Assembly: GCF_001194135.2 (NCBI RefSeq)
Contig: NC_068986.1
Coordinates: forward strand, 70,372,075 to 70,406,038
Direction: 5' to 3'
Source: Octopus bimaculoides
Taxonomy: Eukaryota
DNA length: 33,964 nt
The position numbers and the translations under genes were made by a program. The notes under the pieces are model-generated. The model had not been told where the DNA came from and searched no databases. It saw only the letters and a program-made list of their open reading frames with translations. This document shows positions 1 through 11,849 of the stretch, one piece after another; the first letter of the stretch is position 1, and each line of letters opens with the position of its first letter.

Positions 1-32
<32 letters not shown>

Positions 33-34
<2 letters not shown>

Positions 35-358
35 ATTGAAGTGAAAGTATCTGTCATTACAGTATCGAAATGTGATTGTTTCAGTTAGTGGAATAGTTTC
101 ATTTTTAAAGTGAAAGTATTTGACGAGTGTTTTCGTTTCATTTTTGACATGTAATACTTAAATACTGGAGGAGATATTATGTTGCTGTGGGCTCGAACTA
201 TGCAAGAAGTTAAAAAAATTTTTTGACTAAAACACAACTGGAACCCTAAGTAAGGCATGTGTAAAATTTGAATGAAATTGGTTGTGTAGTTCTCAAGTTT
301 TAGGGATTCACACACACATACACACACACACACAGATTCTCATTTTTATATATAGAGA
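33..358 (-). mobile_element. Non-autonomous Helitron-like element, 5' part
   Basis: Minus strand begins A|TCTCTATATATAAAAATGAGAATC followed by (TG)n. Near-identical to the element at 33747-33964. No CTAG 3' end is visible. Confidence 0.7.
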
Positions 359-442
359 TATATTTATATATACATATATATATATTTATATATACATATA
401 TCTATATATATATATTTATATATATATTTATACATATATATG

Positions 443-1200
443 CTCAAAGCATCCTCCTCCACTGCTAAATAAGCTCCCTAGATACAGGAAGTTATCTACT
501 TCTTGTAAGGATCCCCCAAACATTTGAAGAAGTCTATTTTCTGTATATTCTTAGTGTTTATTGTACCAGCACATTTGCCAGACACAAAAACAAATTCCTT
601 TGTTAACATTCCTATAACACCACTGATTCTCTTATGTGTCCATTGTTTGCACTGGATACACCTTATGGAATTTCCATGTACATCTTTTCTAATCAAGCAG
701 AGCCATCTCCTTGAAGAGAGTAGTAATTTGTCTGGTTTCCTACTTACTTGGACTTCAGTCTTTGCTAAATTAACTCTAAGGCCCTTTGATGCCAGGCCAT
801 GCTTCCACAACTGGAATTTCTTTTCTAGTTCTGGTGATACAGCTATAAGAACAAAGTCATTAGAATAGAGGAGCTTCCAAGAGCAGCCAATCTTAAATTC
901 CTCTGTTATAGCCAGGAGGACTATGATAAATAAGAGGAGGCCAAGAATAGAGTTCAATATTAATGGACAATATCCACTCCTCTTAAACAACTGCACTTAT
1001 TTCACTATAATAAAGCCAAAGAGTTAATTTTACCAATAGATATGTTTAACAGCAGTCTTCCAAACTTCTATCACATAAAGCTTTGCTACTATATTAGCAC
1101 GACTCATCAGCACTATTCCATCTAGATAGCAAATATTTTTCTGAACTTCGTTCCAGGGACATATCCAAAGTGTATCAAATGCATCCATTATTTAGATTGA
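443..1200 (-). mobile_element. Degraded RTE-clade LINE fragment (reverse transcriptase region)
   Basis: ORF 496-996 has LLFIIVL.AITEEFK.GC.W.LLY.ND.VLIA (a decayed YADD motif). FGYVPG lies upstream and VDNFLYLGS...SSGGGC downstream. Confidence 0.85.
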
Positions 1201-1420
1201 AGTTGAGTATAGAAATTTTGACAAAAGTAACATATCAATAACAAAGAAGACACTCACTGAACACTACTTGAAAATTAATTTATATTTTCATTCCTAAATA
1301 CAAAGAAAAATGAGACAAAGAGCAACAAAAACACAAAAAAGATAAAAATACAACACTACTGACAAAAGAATGGTGCAACTTTGCGAAGCACCCATCAAAA
1401 ATACACTTTTACAAGCTTAC

Positions 1421-1591
1421 CCATGAAATCTGTTGACAGCATTAATGATCCGATTTCTCATTTCTTCAAATTTAACATTTTTTACATTTGGAGACATAAG
1501 CAAATGGTCAGCTGGATACTCTTCATTAAACTGCTGCATTACTGAATCCAACTTTTTAACAAACAACGGCTTTAGTCGTGGCCATGGAAAT
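1421..1591 (-). CDS. PPP4R2: PPP4R2 coding exon 3, 171 nt (FPWPRLKPLFVKKLDSVMQQFNEEYPADHLLMSPNVKNVKFEEMRNRIINAVNRFH(G))
   Basis: Acceptor tttattttatgtaattcAG and donor GTAAGC. Phase-2 join to exon 2 (TT|A = Leu) keeps the frame open. Aligns by eye to human [21 protein letters not shown]...[24 protein letters not shown]. Confidence 0.95.
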
Positions 1592-1925
1592 CTGAATTAC
1601 ATAAAATAAATTCAACAAATAAATTTTAACATCTCAACATAAATTCTTATAGGAAACAATATCAAAACAGAAAAATTTAAATATGCTGAGAAACACTATA
1701 ATGAAATGGGGAGGATGGCATTTATACTAGATAATCTAACAGTAAAGAAGCTAAATCCTAAGTTATGTTCTCAACAAAAGGAGTTTATAAAAACTAACTT
1801 TTGTATTCAAGCAGCTAATGAGATGCCTTTAACAAAAATGATGCTTTCCTTTGCTCTCAACAGGCAACATATACATTAAGGTGAAAGCATCTTGAAGTGA
1901 CAGGTGTCTGAAAGATACCATTATT

Positions 1926-1962
<37 letters not shown>

Positions 1963-2454
1963 TGGTCATATTTCAAGAAAAGTTTTTGGGTATTCATTTC
2001 ATCACAGAATCTTACCGAAATTCTCTTTACCTTAAGATCTTATTTTCTACATCACTATAATTATTTTCAAAAATATTTGATTTAAAATTGAGCACCAGCA
2101 GATAACCCTGGTTTGAAATAAAGTTTGACAAGACAACTTACAATAAAATTTATATATTTTTTGGCTAAAAAGCAAGCCAAAAAAAAAAAAATATTGATAT
2201 CCAGATTTTATTGTGTGCTCTTTATGAACATCCATAAGATCCCTAACTATTTCAGTTTTGTTTAATGTAAACAGGTTTTTCAGTTCCCAAATTAGAGATT
2301 GTTTGACAAGCTTTAAAATATTGTATAAACTTATGTTTCTCTATATTCTTGTAGTTTGTTTTTTTTTTATATATAACCACCATTATTATTATGACATTGG
2401 AATAACAAAAACTAAACTAAACACATTGTGGTATTTAGTTAGGATATTTAGTTT

Positions 2455-2580
2455 AGGTTGACTGTGCCTTTCATCCTTCAAGGGTCAATAAAATAAGCAT
2501 CATTGAGCACTGGTGTCAATGTAATTGATTTACCCCTTCCCCTGAACTTGCTGGCCATGTGTCAAAATTTGAAAATGATA
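2455..2580 (+). mobile_element. SINE 3' fragment (same family as 19236-19461)
   Basis: Shares gcctttcatcctt...gggtc.ataaa.taag with the intact copy. Confidence 0.6.
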
Positions 2581-3694
2581 TTTAGTTAGGTTTTCATTCT
2601 GGATTAAAATCCATTAAGTTACCTCTTTCATCCTTTCAAAACCAATAAGACAATACATTGCAGTTGAATCGATATTCTTTCCTCAAATGTGGTCTTATTA
2701 TAGAAAATGGTAGGCAGGCAGAATCAGATATTTTACGAGAGTATTATCTCCTACTCTTTAGACCTTCCTAAAATATAGCTTTTAACTAATGAGAAAACAA
2801 CTAAAAGTTCATTTTCAAATGATTAGGTGCTGCACACTGTATAAAAAAGCTTTTACTGAACAATTAGAAGCCACACATAGCATCATTGCATTTACCAAAG
2901 TCTTATTCCATATAAAAAGTGCTGTACCGGGGAAACAATTCTTTCTATTGCTTGTTTGACTTTCTATAATTGTAAATAAGCACGTTTTGTTTATGAATAT
3001 TATCAAAATTTGAGAGACAAGTGTAGAAGAAATTGTTTTGTTTACAAAGATTTTCAGAGTTTGAAAGGCGCTTGTTCTTGACAGGAATATAATTGTTAGG
3101 AAAATGCTCAAGGTTTCAACAATATTTAACATTATTCAGTGAATTCAAATTCTGGTATATGGCACCACAAGCACAAAATCCCATTTGACAGTGGTCTCAG
3201 AATATTTGTGACAGTGACATTCTTTGGAAAGAATGTAGGTCACACAACTTTCACTATATAATGCAAGGGACAGAGACCATTTAATATACCAATAGTTTAT
3301 TGCATATGTATGCAGACAAGATACACCTTAATTCAATGGAATGCTAATGTAAGTACTACAGTGAAGTGTACAGGCAAGGATCCTGAAATTTGTCATGAGG
3401 TACACAGTCATCTTAGAACCTATGACAATGTCATTTCTTAACGAATTTTCTTCATTATGTAAAAATGTATGTTGGTCCACTAATTAGGTCATTTTATACT
3501 GAATACCAAGAGATGATATATTTGAAATTACACAAGAATATGCAATTCGCATCTAATTGAATTTTTTAGCATGCAATTCTAACAAAAGCACTATTTGCTT
3601 GTTTTCTGAAGCTATTTCAATTACCCAAAATTTGAAATATAAAATACAAGGGTCATCCATAATCAGGTACAAAAAACAAGAGGATTGCAAAGTC

Positions 3695-3860
3695 TCATCA
3701 TTTAACATCAACTTTTCCATGGGTCAGATGAAATTTGTTGTAGCAGATTTTCTAAGGCCAGATGCCCTTCCTGTTGCCAATCTTCACTAGTTTCCAAGCA
3801 AGCATATATTTTTTCCCATGGCCAGGCATGCTTTTCACAGAAGACAGGGAACAAACAATA
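3695..3860. mobile_element. Dispersed repeat family (core catgggtcagatggaattt.ttga.gcagattttct...gatgccctt); other copies near 5440-5790, 11625-11800, 15225-15300, 18315-18700, 21395-21480 (inverted) and 28055-28240
   Basis: At least seven recognisably similar copies in this window. The terminus is the reverse complement of the RTE-type ...gcatggaaa..gac.ttaaatgatgatg tail, suggesting an RTE-mobilised SINE. Confidence 0.7.
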
Positions 3861-6800
3861 CTGTTATAGACTTAGTAGCGGAACTGATGTCTGCCATGCA
3901 ACTGGAAATTAAATGAGTTTCCAGTTCAGAGCTTTCTTTTCTTAATGCAGTATACTCTTAAACAAGTCCTTAGTTGTCCAGGTCAGCTCATATCAAATGG
4001 GAACATATAACATGGGAGAAAAATCAAACACTTAGGAACAACCCATAGATGCTATAGACTGGATTTTTAAAAAAATGCTATGGTTTAGTGTGTGTGAGGG
4101 GGCTATATCTATCACCTTTTGGGGTTTTCTGGAACTGGTGAAATTGATGTTCAATTTGAATATCTGTGGATTAATATCTGCAGGGATTGTGTGAACATGA
4201 AGGAATTCCAGAAGGAATTCTAGTACAAAACATTAAGAAAAGTGATTATGCAAAATGGCCATATACAGTTGACCGGTTCAGAGAAGCAAAAGGTTGTTAT
4301 AGAGATAAAATATATATATTTAGAAAATACAATGTTATAGTTGAATAACAATGAAAAGTATCACAGAATAAGAATAATGTTATTGCTAATTTCAGGTTGA
4401 ATTGAATTTTTATATATATACTACTAATGTACAAATAGTAGCATTTCTGTCCTGTGGGTTTGTATCTATATGAAATTATTATCCTCGCTGGAGAGGAGAT
4501 CAATATAGAACAGAATTCACAATCCTCTTTCAATTTCCAGTCCTATCCCTTTCACTTATATACTAACAGGTAACTAATCGTCTTGAGAAAGGCACAGACA
4601 TTAGGTTGTTTAATTCCGTCTAGAAGTCTAGTGAGTCACAAATGGCTTGGGCAACAAAACATTTTACTTTAACTTTCAACCTAGGCATACATAGATATCA
4701 TAAGAGAGGTCAGCTGCCTACTGCACCAGAAAATTTAGAAAAGTTTTCATTAGTACACATTCAGTTGAAAAGATTATCATGTATCTCACCAATAATTGTG
4801 ATGCCAAGCCATTGCAAAACTGACTCTTTTTTTCTACTAAGAAACCTTTCATTTATGCAGTTGTAAGCTCAGATCAGCCCTGACAAAGCAGATTCACAGT
4901 ATGTAGATATTCAGTCATTTACTTTGGTAGAGAGGATATAGGTTTCTATTTCAATTTGATGTAGAGAACTGGTTGTTATTACATTTCTAATTAAATTGTA
5001 CAATCATGTTAGCTATTTTGTAGTTTATTGTTATGACTTTATAATTCTTTCAGCATGCAGTGAATCATTTCTTTTATGTTCAAAGATCAAATCCTACCTT
5101 CAATGTCTTTGATCCTTAAGGGGTTAATAAAATAAGTACTGGATTTGATTTAATCAACTGTAGTACCCTTTTGACAAAATATAGTATTGTGTCTAAATCA
5201 GAAATCTTTATTAATTATACTCTGAGTTCAATAGAACTGGTAGAGGTGGCAAAGAGCCAAATAAGATATTCTACAACATCTAATTAAGTAGCACACAATT
5301 CCGAGTTCAAATTCCAGAAAATTTTGTTTTTACCTATCATCAGTAATATAACAATAAAAATCAAATGCTAAAAGCCACAAAATTAATTAATAGAATTACT
5401 TGTGCATAGAAGTTAATAACATTTAAAAATCATCATTTTAACAACCACTTTTCCGTGATTGCATGGGTCAGATGGAATTCGTTGAAGTAAATTTTCTGCA
5501 ACTGGATGCTCTACCTGTTGCCTACCCTGACCTGTTTCCAAATGTTACCCTACAGTCAGACATGTTTTCACAGAAGATTGGAAATGAAAGATACTACTGG
5601 TATAGAAGGGAAACTCATTTACAACTATCAAGGTAAGGAAACACACTCAAACACAAGTTCCTTTCAGATTCTGTGTATTAATTTCATTCACAAAGATTTG
5701 ATCAACCTGGGGATATACATATATAATACAATGGGACTGACTCCAAAATCATATGGTTAGAAAGCAAACCTCTTAACCACATAGCTATGCCAATGCCTCT
5801 AACGTTGAAAGAGAGATATCCTTGATCAGAATATCGGTGATATATAGCAATAGTAAAGAAAACCAATGCATCACAATGTTAAAAATGGTAAGGCATTCTT
5901 AAAAAATAACACACAAGCTATAGAGAAATTTAACAGTTAAAATAGAAATTCATATAAACAATAATTAATGCTCTTATGCTTAATTGTTTGTGTAGTACTT
6001 AATAAATATAAAGAAGTCCTAACATCATACCAGTCACTTTGAAAAACCAATCTTTAAGAGATTAGGGTGCTTAACAGTAGCCTGATGATGCATATTGGTT
6101 GTGCATGTTATATAGTTAGTCAATTACAAATAGAAGAATCGAATTTGAAGATACCATAAACTAAGGAGTTATTTGGAAATTGTATACCAACTGTACAGCT
6201 CTGATCAGCATCACATTGCACACATGCACGAGATAAAAGATACTATATTATGATTGATGAAAGTTAGCCCTTAAGTAACAAGTGTGTCTTAAGTTACAAG
6301 TACTGATATTACACACAGCATCAAACAGGGAAGCAAGGAGAGGGGCTTATATGAAGTCTGCACTTGAAACATATGTATGTACTGTCTGCCACTGAGTAAG
6401 AAGATTGGAGAACCATTGCTGCAGCACATAAGACAACAGCATATAATTTGGGTATACAGAAACTGTGCATTACATTTTCATAGTAAAAGTGTCCATAACA
6501 AAGTCATAAAATGTAGAACATAAATATGGAGTCAATTGTAGAGTGGTTCAATGAATATTCATGATTAACATTAAAGAGTTTTTACATTCAATTTATGGAT
6601 TAACTGATTCAACAAACTATAGCAAGTCATCTTTGTAGAAGGATTTCACTGAAGCAAATGTATTTACAGCCAGAATAACTGTTCTTTATTTCTCAAACAA
6701 ATGATTCTTATTTATTGGCTAAACTGGCAACATGACCATCCCCAAATACAACAAGATTCCTATATACTTTGATACCTATTCAAGAATTATTATCATTCAA

Positions 6801-7244
6801 AAATAAACTGCAGGCATCAAAAATCTGATTTGATGGTATTATCTAATGAGTAAAAAAATTGTTTCAAGATCACTTCAATTTGGTTTGAGATAATTTTTAC
6901 CCTTAAAAATATGTATTTTTACTTAAACAGTGCTCTAAGTACTATCACTAACTAAATACATTTTCTTCCAATATCAATGACATTAGCTTGTTAATCAGAA
7001 GGGCAAAAATTTAAGGGAAGAAATTCCCAGAAGATGAAGAACTGTAACTAAACACCCTAAGATATTTTGACTGACATTTTAATGATTCTGTCAATCCTCT
7101 GCCTTAAATACTAAAGCTAAAATCCCAACAAACTTAGACGTTATCTTCATTTTTGTATTTGGTTTGCAAGGTTCTTGTGTTGAACCAATTCTTGTTCTGG
7201 GAGGGTGGGGGAGGTCATTATATCAATAATAACAATAAACACAT

Positions 7245-7450
7245 GCACTGGGTCAATATCACTTCTTTTCTGCCAGTCAATCAGTTATGTCCGTCGGTCT
7301 GTTCATCACTTTGTCTGTTCCCTCTTCACAGCCAGATGGCTGGACCAATGGTTACGATATTTTTCGAGATTACAAAGACGATCATCAGGAAGGTTTTTAA
7401 CATTAAAATAATCAGAAAGTATGATTGTGATTATCTAACCAACAAACTAA
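7245..7450 (+). mobile_element. Helitron-like 5' region, degraded copy of the 8297/8617 family
   Basis: Shares gtctgttc...cagccaga..gctgga.caatggtta.gatattt...gattacaaag..gatcatcaggaaggtttt with those copies. Confidence 0.6.
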
Positions 7451-8296
7451 TTGTTTGTTTGTCAAAGCCCTTTCATCACTATTTGTGACCTCATCAATGA
7501 CATGCCCTCTCTCTTGCATGTGTTTGAGTAAAAAACCCTCCCAAAACACAATTTGATATTATCTTCATGATAAAATAGCCATCCATCACATCAGCAATAT
7601 TTCTACACACGTTTTATATTCAATAAATTTCTAGCACTTTTCAATTCATATTTTACTCTTGTCTCATAACAAAATAACACTGAAGTTTTACTCCAGTCTA
7701 AATCGTAAAGCTCAAATGAAAGAGAATATAATACACAGCTATAAATTTCCCTAAGAATGCCTAAAGTAGTTTCCTGAACTGCTAAAAAAACCAAATACCC
7801 CACTCCTAAGAACATACAAGATAATGTTGTCTAAAAGATATGAACAGACACACCGGATATTGTCCAGCAAGAGACAAAAACAAAACAAAAAAGGCTACTT
7901 ATAGCTATTGATCATAGGCTAATGCTGAATTTAGTTACATCTGTCATACTTGTACTGAAGGTTTCAACATGTATAACAAGTTCGGCAAGAGTTTAAAATT
8001 TTAAAAAATAATTTTAAAAAGATTTTTCAAGATTTATTAAATGCTCAGGGCACCACTGAATCTGTGTAATCTATCAAATGGATACCCTTATGCATACAAT
8101 GTTAAAATGCACAAATAGTAAATGTTAGCTACTATCCACCACATATACAAGACTAGTCTGAAATTTTTGTAAACCAAATAATTGCAATGTAAATATTAAG
8201 TCAAAATAACACTAAACTTATATGCACATGCTGTAACTAATGAAAGTAATATCTTAACACTTAGAACTTATGTAGTAAAAGGCAGTCAATATTATA

Positions 8297-8616
8297 TCTT
8301 ACTATAATGGGCGTTATGTCTGTCTATCTGTTCTCTTTTCACGGTCAAACAGCTGAACCAATGGTCATGATGTTTTTCAGGATTACAAAGGAGGTAATCA
8401 GGAAGGTTTTTAGTGCAAAAAATATGAAAAAGTATGATTATTTAGTGGATAATGAGTTTTGTATTAATAGATCACATATGATTTTTCTTTTTGCTAAAAT
8501 TCCAGCAATGAGGATTAACTCTGGATTTCCCACTCCCATATAGTTCATGAATTTAGAGGGTTTAGATTTGTGATACCATCCCTTTATTTCTTTATCATAG
8601 ATGGGTAGATTTGCTA
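8297..8616 (+). mobile_element. Short (320 nt) non-autonomous Helitron
   Basis: Starts A|TCTTACTATAATGGGC. Ends tcatagatgggtagatttgcta, which matches the 3' end of the next element at 19 of 22 positions. Confidence 0.7.
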
Positions 8617-9737
8617 TCTTACTATAATGGGCATTATATCCGTCTGTCTGTTCCCACTTCGCAGCCAGACAGCTGGATCAATGGTTATGATATTTTGGGG
8701 GATTACAAAGATGATCATCAGGAAGGTTTTTAGTATTAAGAAATCAGAAAGTATGATTATTTCATGGATATCGATTTTTGAATTGATAAACCACCTTCAC
8801 ATTTTTACTAAAAATGCACCGACCAAGAGTAACTCTGGATTTTAAAAATTCACTGACCACAAGTAACTTGTGGCCCCATCATAGATACGAAGAGAGTTGC
8901 GAGGACGGTTAATAGCAAAAATAAAATGGAAAAGGTGTGTGTGATTATTTAGTGGTTATTGAAGTGTGTCAGTCTCGAGCAGGATTCGAAATGGCTAATT
9001 GAAGCAGCTGTTGTTTACATCTCAGTTTTGTCAATCAAAATAACCCATGGTACCAGAACATCCAGATATTATTCACATAGAACAGTGATAGCTAAGTCTT
9101 GGTTTGATTTCTTGCAACCATAAAGATGGCACTCGCACACTCACAGCAAATAAGGCACAGGGCCAGACTTTAGATTGTGTAGGTGTATTTTCACCTACAC
9201 CAATGTTTACACAAGGTCAATTATACGTTGCTATGAGTAGAGCAGTGGACTCCAGTAATTTAAAAAGTAGTGTCAACCAAACAGAAAATGTTGTCTACAA
9301 AAAAGTTTTGTAATCATATTGATATTATTGAAGGGAATATGAGTAATAATTTAAATAAGGACATTTATGAACTTTGAATGAATAAGAGTATAAACAAGCA
9401 TAAAATAGTGTAAACAACTAAAATAAAAGTAAAACTAAATAACATTTTTTTCTTAATACTTTTTGGGTAGTAAAGGAAAGCTCTGGCTTTTGTTGGGAGT
9501 GGTCCACATAATGATACAGAGGTTGGGAGCTTATTTCAGTTCGAGAGTGAATTATCACATGTCAGTCGCAAACACATCATATAGCTGCAATAGAATGCTA
9601 TACCACCAACAATAATGTGATTTCTCTAAGACATCACCCAGTAATCTATCAAGTCTATTTACACATTTCTCAATACATATTGCTGTTATGACTTCACTCC
9701 ATTTTATGCCTCAATCATAGAACGGTGGATTTGCTAG
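8617..9737 (+). mobile_element. Internally deleted Helitron with a Pif1-family helicase C-terminal remnant (~9110-9313)
   Basis: Starts A|TCTTACTATAATGGGC. Encodes PIKMALA/TANKAQGQTLDCVGVFSPTPMFTQGQLYVAMSRA...TENVVYKKVL* (helicase motifs V/VI, frameshifted). Ends ...gatttgCTAG at 9737. Confidence 0.8.
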
Positions 9738-10991
9738 AGCTTGTAGTATCTGCTTTTATTATAAATAACATAGTAAAATACCAATTTTATCAATCTTGGA
9801 AATATTGACTTCACAACTCCAATTATAAAACTAAGTCATCAAGGTAAAGAGACAACACTTTGGAACTGATGAAACTTACATCATAATACAAATAAACACT
9901 TTTGTCTATTTGTGTGTTAGCAAGTCCCAATCTTTAATATCACTTCCATAAACATTTCTGATGCTGGTATGCGACAGAATATCAAACTAACAAGTTATGT
10001 GATAAATGCTAAACTGTATTATTCTTAGTTTTTTTTTTAATTCAGAAAGTTGGAAAATGTTTTGAAACATATTGCAAAACTGAAATGAAAAATAAAATGC
10101 AGACATTCTCTATCAACTATTTTGTGAATATACAATAATGAAAATAAGAAACTAAAATGGACATTAAGAAACTATTATGTTTCAATTATCAATCTCATTT
10201 AAAATGCAAAGCATGACAGCAGCTATGTAATAAAGTTCAAATTTCCAAGCTGTTAGTATATCATTATTGTTTAAAGACAGACTGAACAAACATAAATACC
10301 AAACATGAATGATATAAGCAAGGTCAACCATTTCAGTATTTTAAAGCTTTAAGGCATGAATAAAACAAAGAAACACTGTCTCTTTACTCTTAACATTTAC
10401 TAATATGCACAGTTTAATCTGATATAATCAGGCATAAACACACTGTACTGTATAAAATTTATTTATGCATATGATAAAAATAACTAAGATAAGAAAAAAC
10501 CAGTTCAATTAGTTCTATGAGAAAATGATAATATCGACACAAGGTCATCAGCTTTAAAACTACAAAAGGAAGTTTTGAACTAAAATATAAAAAAATATGA
10601 AGTGATATAACTAAATAACAAAAGATTGTACTTTGATAATTATTGCTTTTGCCAAATCACACCCCATTAAGTAAAAAAAGATTCATTCTGAAGAAAATTT
10701 CTACAAAAGAGCATATGGGTAAGTCTTAAAAAATATTTTTAAAAAGTTACCATTTCATTGCATATTATTTTCAAAACTGTATCGGAGGAGGCTTCGTGTA
10801 GGTTCTGTTTCAGTAGCTTTGTTTACATACAGATAACTCACTTTCATTGAGAAAAAGGTCTTTAACAATTAGATTCCTTCTCAACTGTGGGAACAGCACA
10901 ACAGGCAACAAACTCAATGTATGTAGTTAGTAACTACAGCAGGCAACAATCTACTAACATACTTACTCTTGTATAACATCACTCATTTATA

Positions 10992-11176
10992 CAGTTCTAT
11001 ATTTAAGAGATGAGGAATTAGTTACATTTGACGGATATTTCTCCTCATCTTGTTTGTTGTTAACACAACGTTTCGGCTGATATACCCTCCAGCCTTCGAA
11101 GGCTGGAGGGTATATCAGCCGAAACATTGTGTTAACAACAAACAAGATGAGGAGAAATATCCGTCAAATGTAAATA
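10992..11176. mobile_element. Penelope-like terminal-repeat remnant arranged as a palindrome (arms 11022-11097 and 11098-11173), flanked by a 14-nt direct repeat
   Basis: 76-nt arms, one mismatch, no spacer. ATCACTCATTTATA occurs at 10978-10991 and 11177-11190. The Penelope assignment rests on the gaagg...ccgaaacgtt motif and is inference. Confidence 0.7.
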
Positions 11177-11849
11177 ATCACTCATTTATATATAATTTTC
11201 AAACTTAATATGGTGCAACAGAATTCAAGAAAAAAAATTTCCATTGTGTATAATGTGAAGTGAATTTCAGTATTTTTATACATATTTAAAACTGAAACAA
11301 ACTGAATGAAAAAGTAGATATGTAAGCATATAATATATATATGACAAAGTAGATTTATAAAATATTTAGTTACACCATCTTACATACATTTCATTAACAA
11401 AAAATGATTATTAGTTATTTAATGTAAATTATATAGTAAAATTGCATTATCATTTCTTCAGAGAGACAGAACATTCATACATAATATCATTCAATCAGAG
11501 ATAGTGTTGCCATCACAGGAATAGCAACCATCTACATTAAATCAGGCTGGGAAGGTAGCATATATCTGGTATTAGGTAAAGAGAAATCTTGTTAAAAAAA
11601 AAAAAATAAAGATTAAGTTTTGCATAGGTCAGATGGAATTTGTTGAGGCAGACTTTATATAGCCAGATGCCCTTCCTGTAGCCAACCTTAGCGGTTTCCA
11701 AGCAAAGTAATACTTGGTTATGACCAGATAGGTTTTCTGGAAGGTTAGAGATGAGGAACACTGCATGTCTGTCTGATGGTGACATTTGTTTATAACCATC
11801 GTATGTAATGTATGCATGTATGTGAGAGAGAGGCTTCATGACTATGGAA

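Noticed and set aside
1-1420. Search for PPP4R2 exon 4 (expected IPFTIQRLCELL-like)
   Set aside because: Not found; this interval is Helitron, microsatellite and RTE sequence, so exon 4 lies beyond the window.
4100-6430. Faint LINE-like peptide traces (FEYL near 4155, QWLG...PLL near 4700-4810, a possible RTE C-terminus near 6210-6410)
   Set aside because: Too degraded to assign by eye; needs RepeatMasker or tBLASTx.
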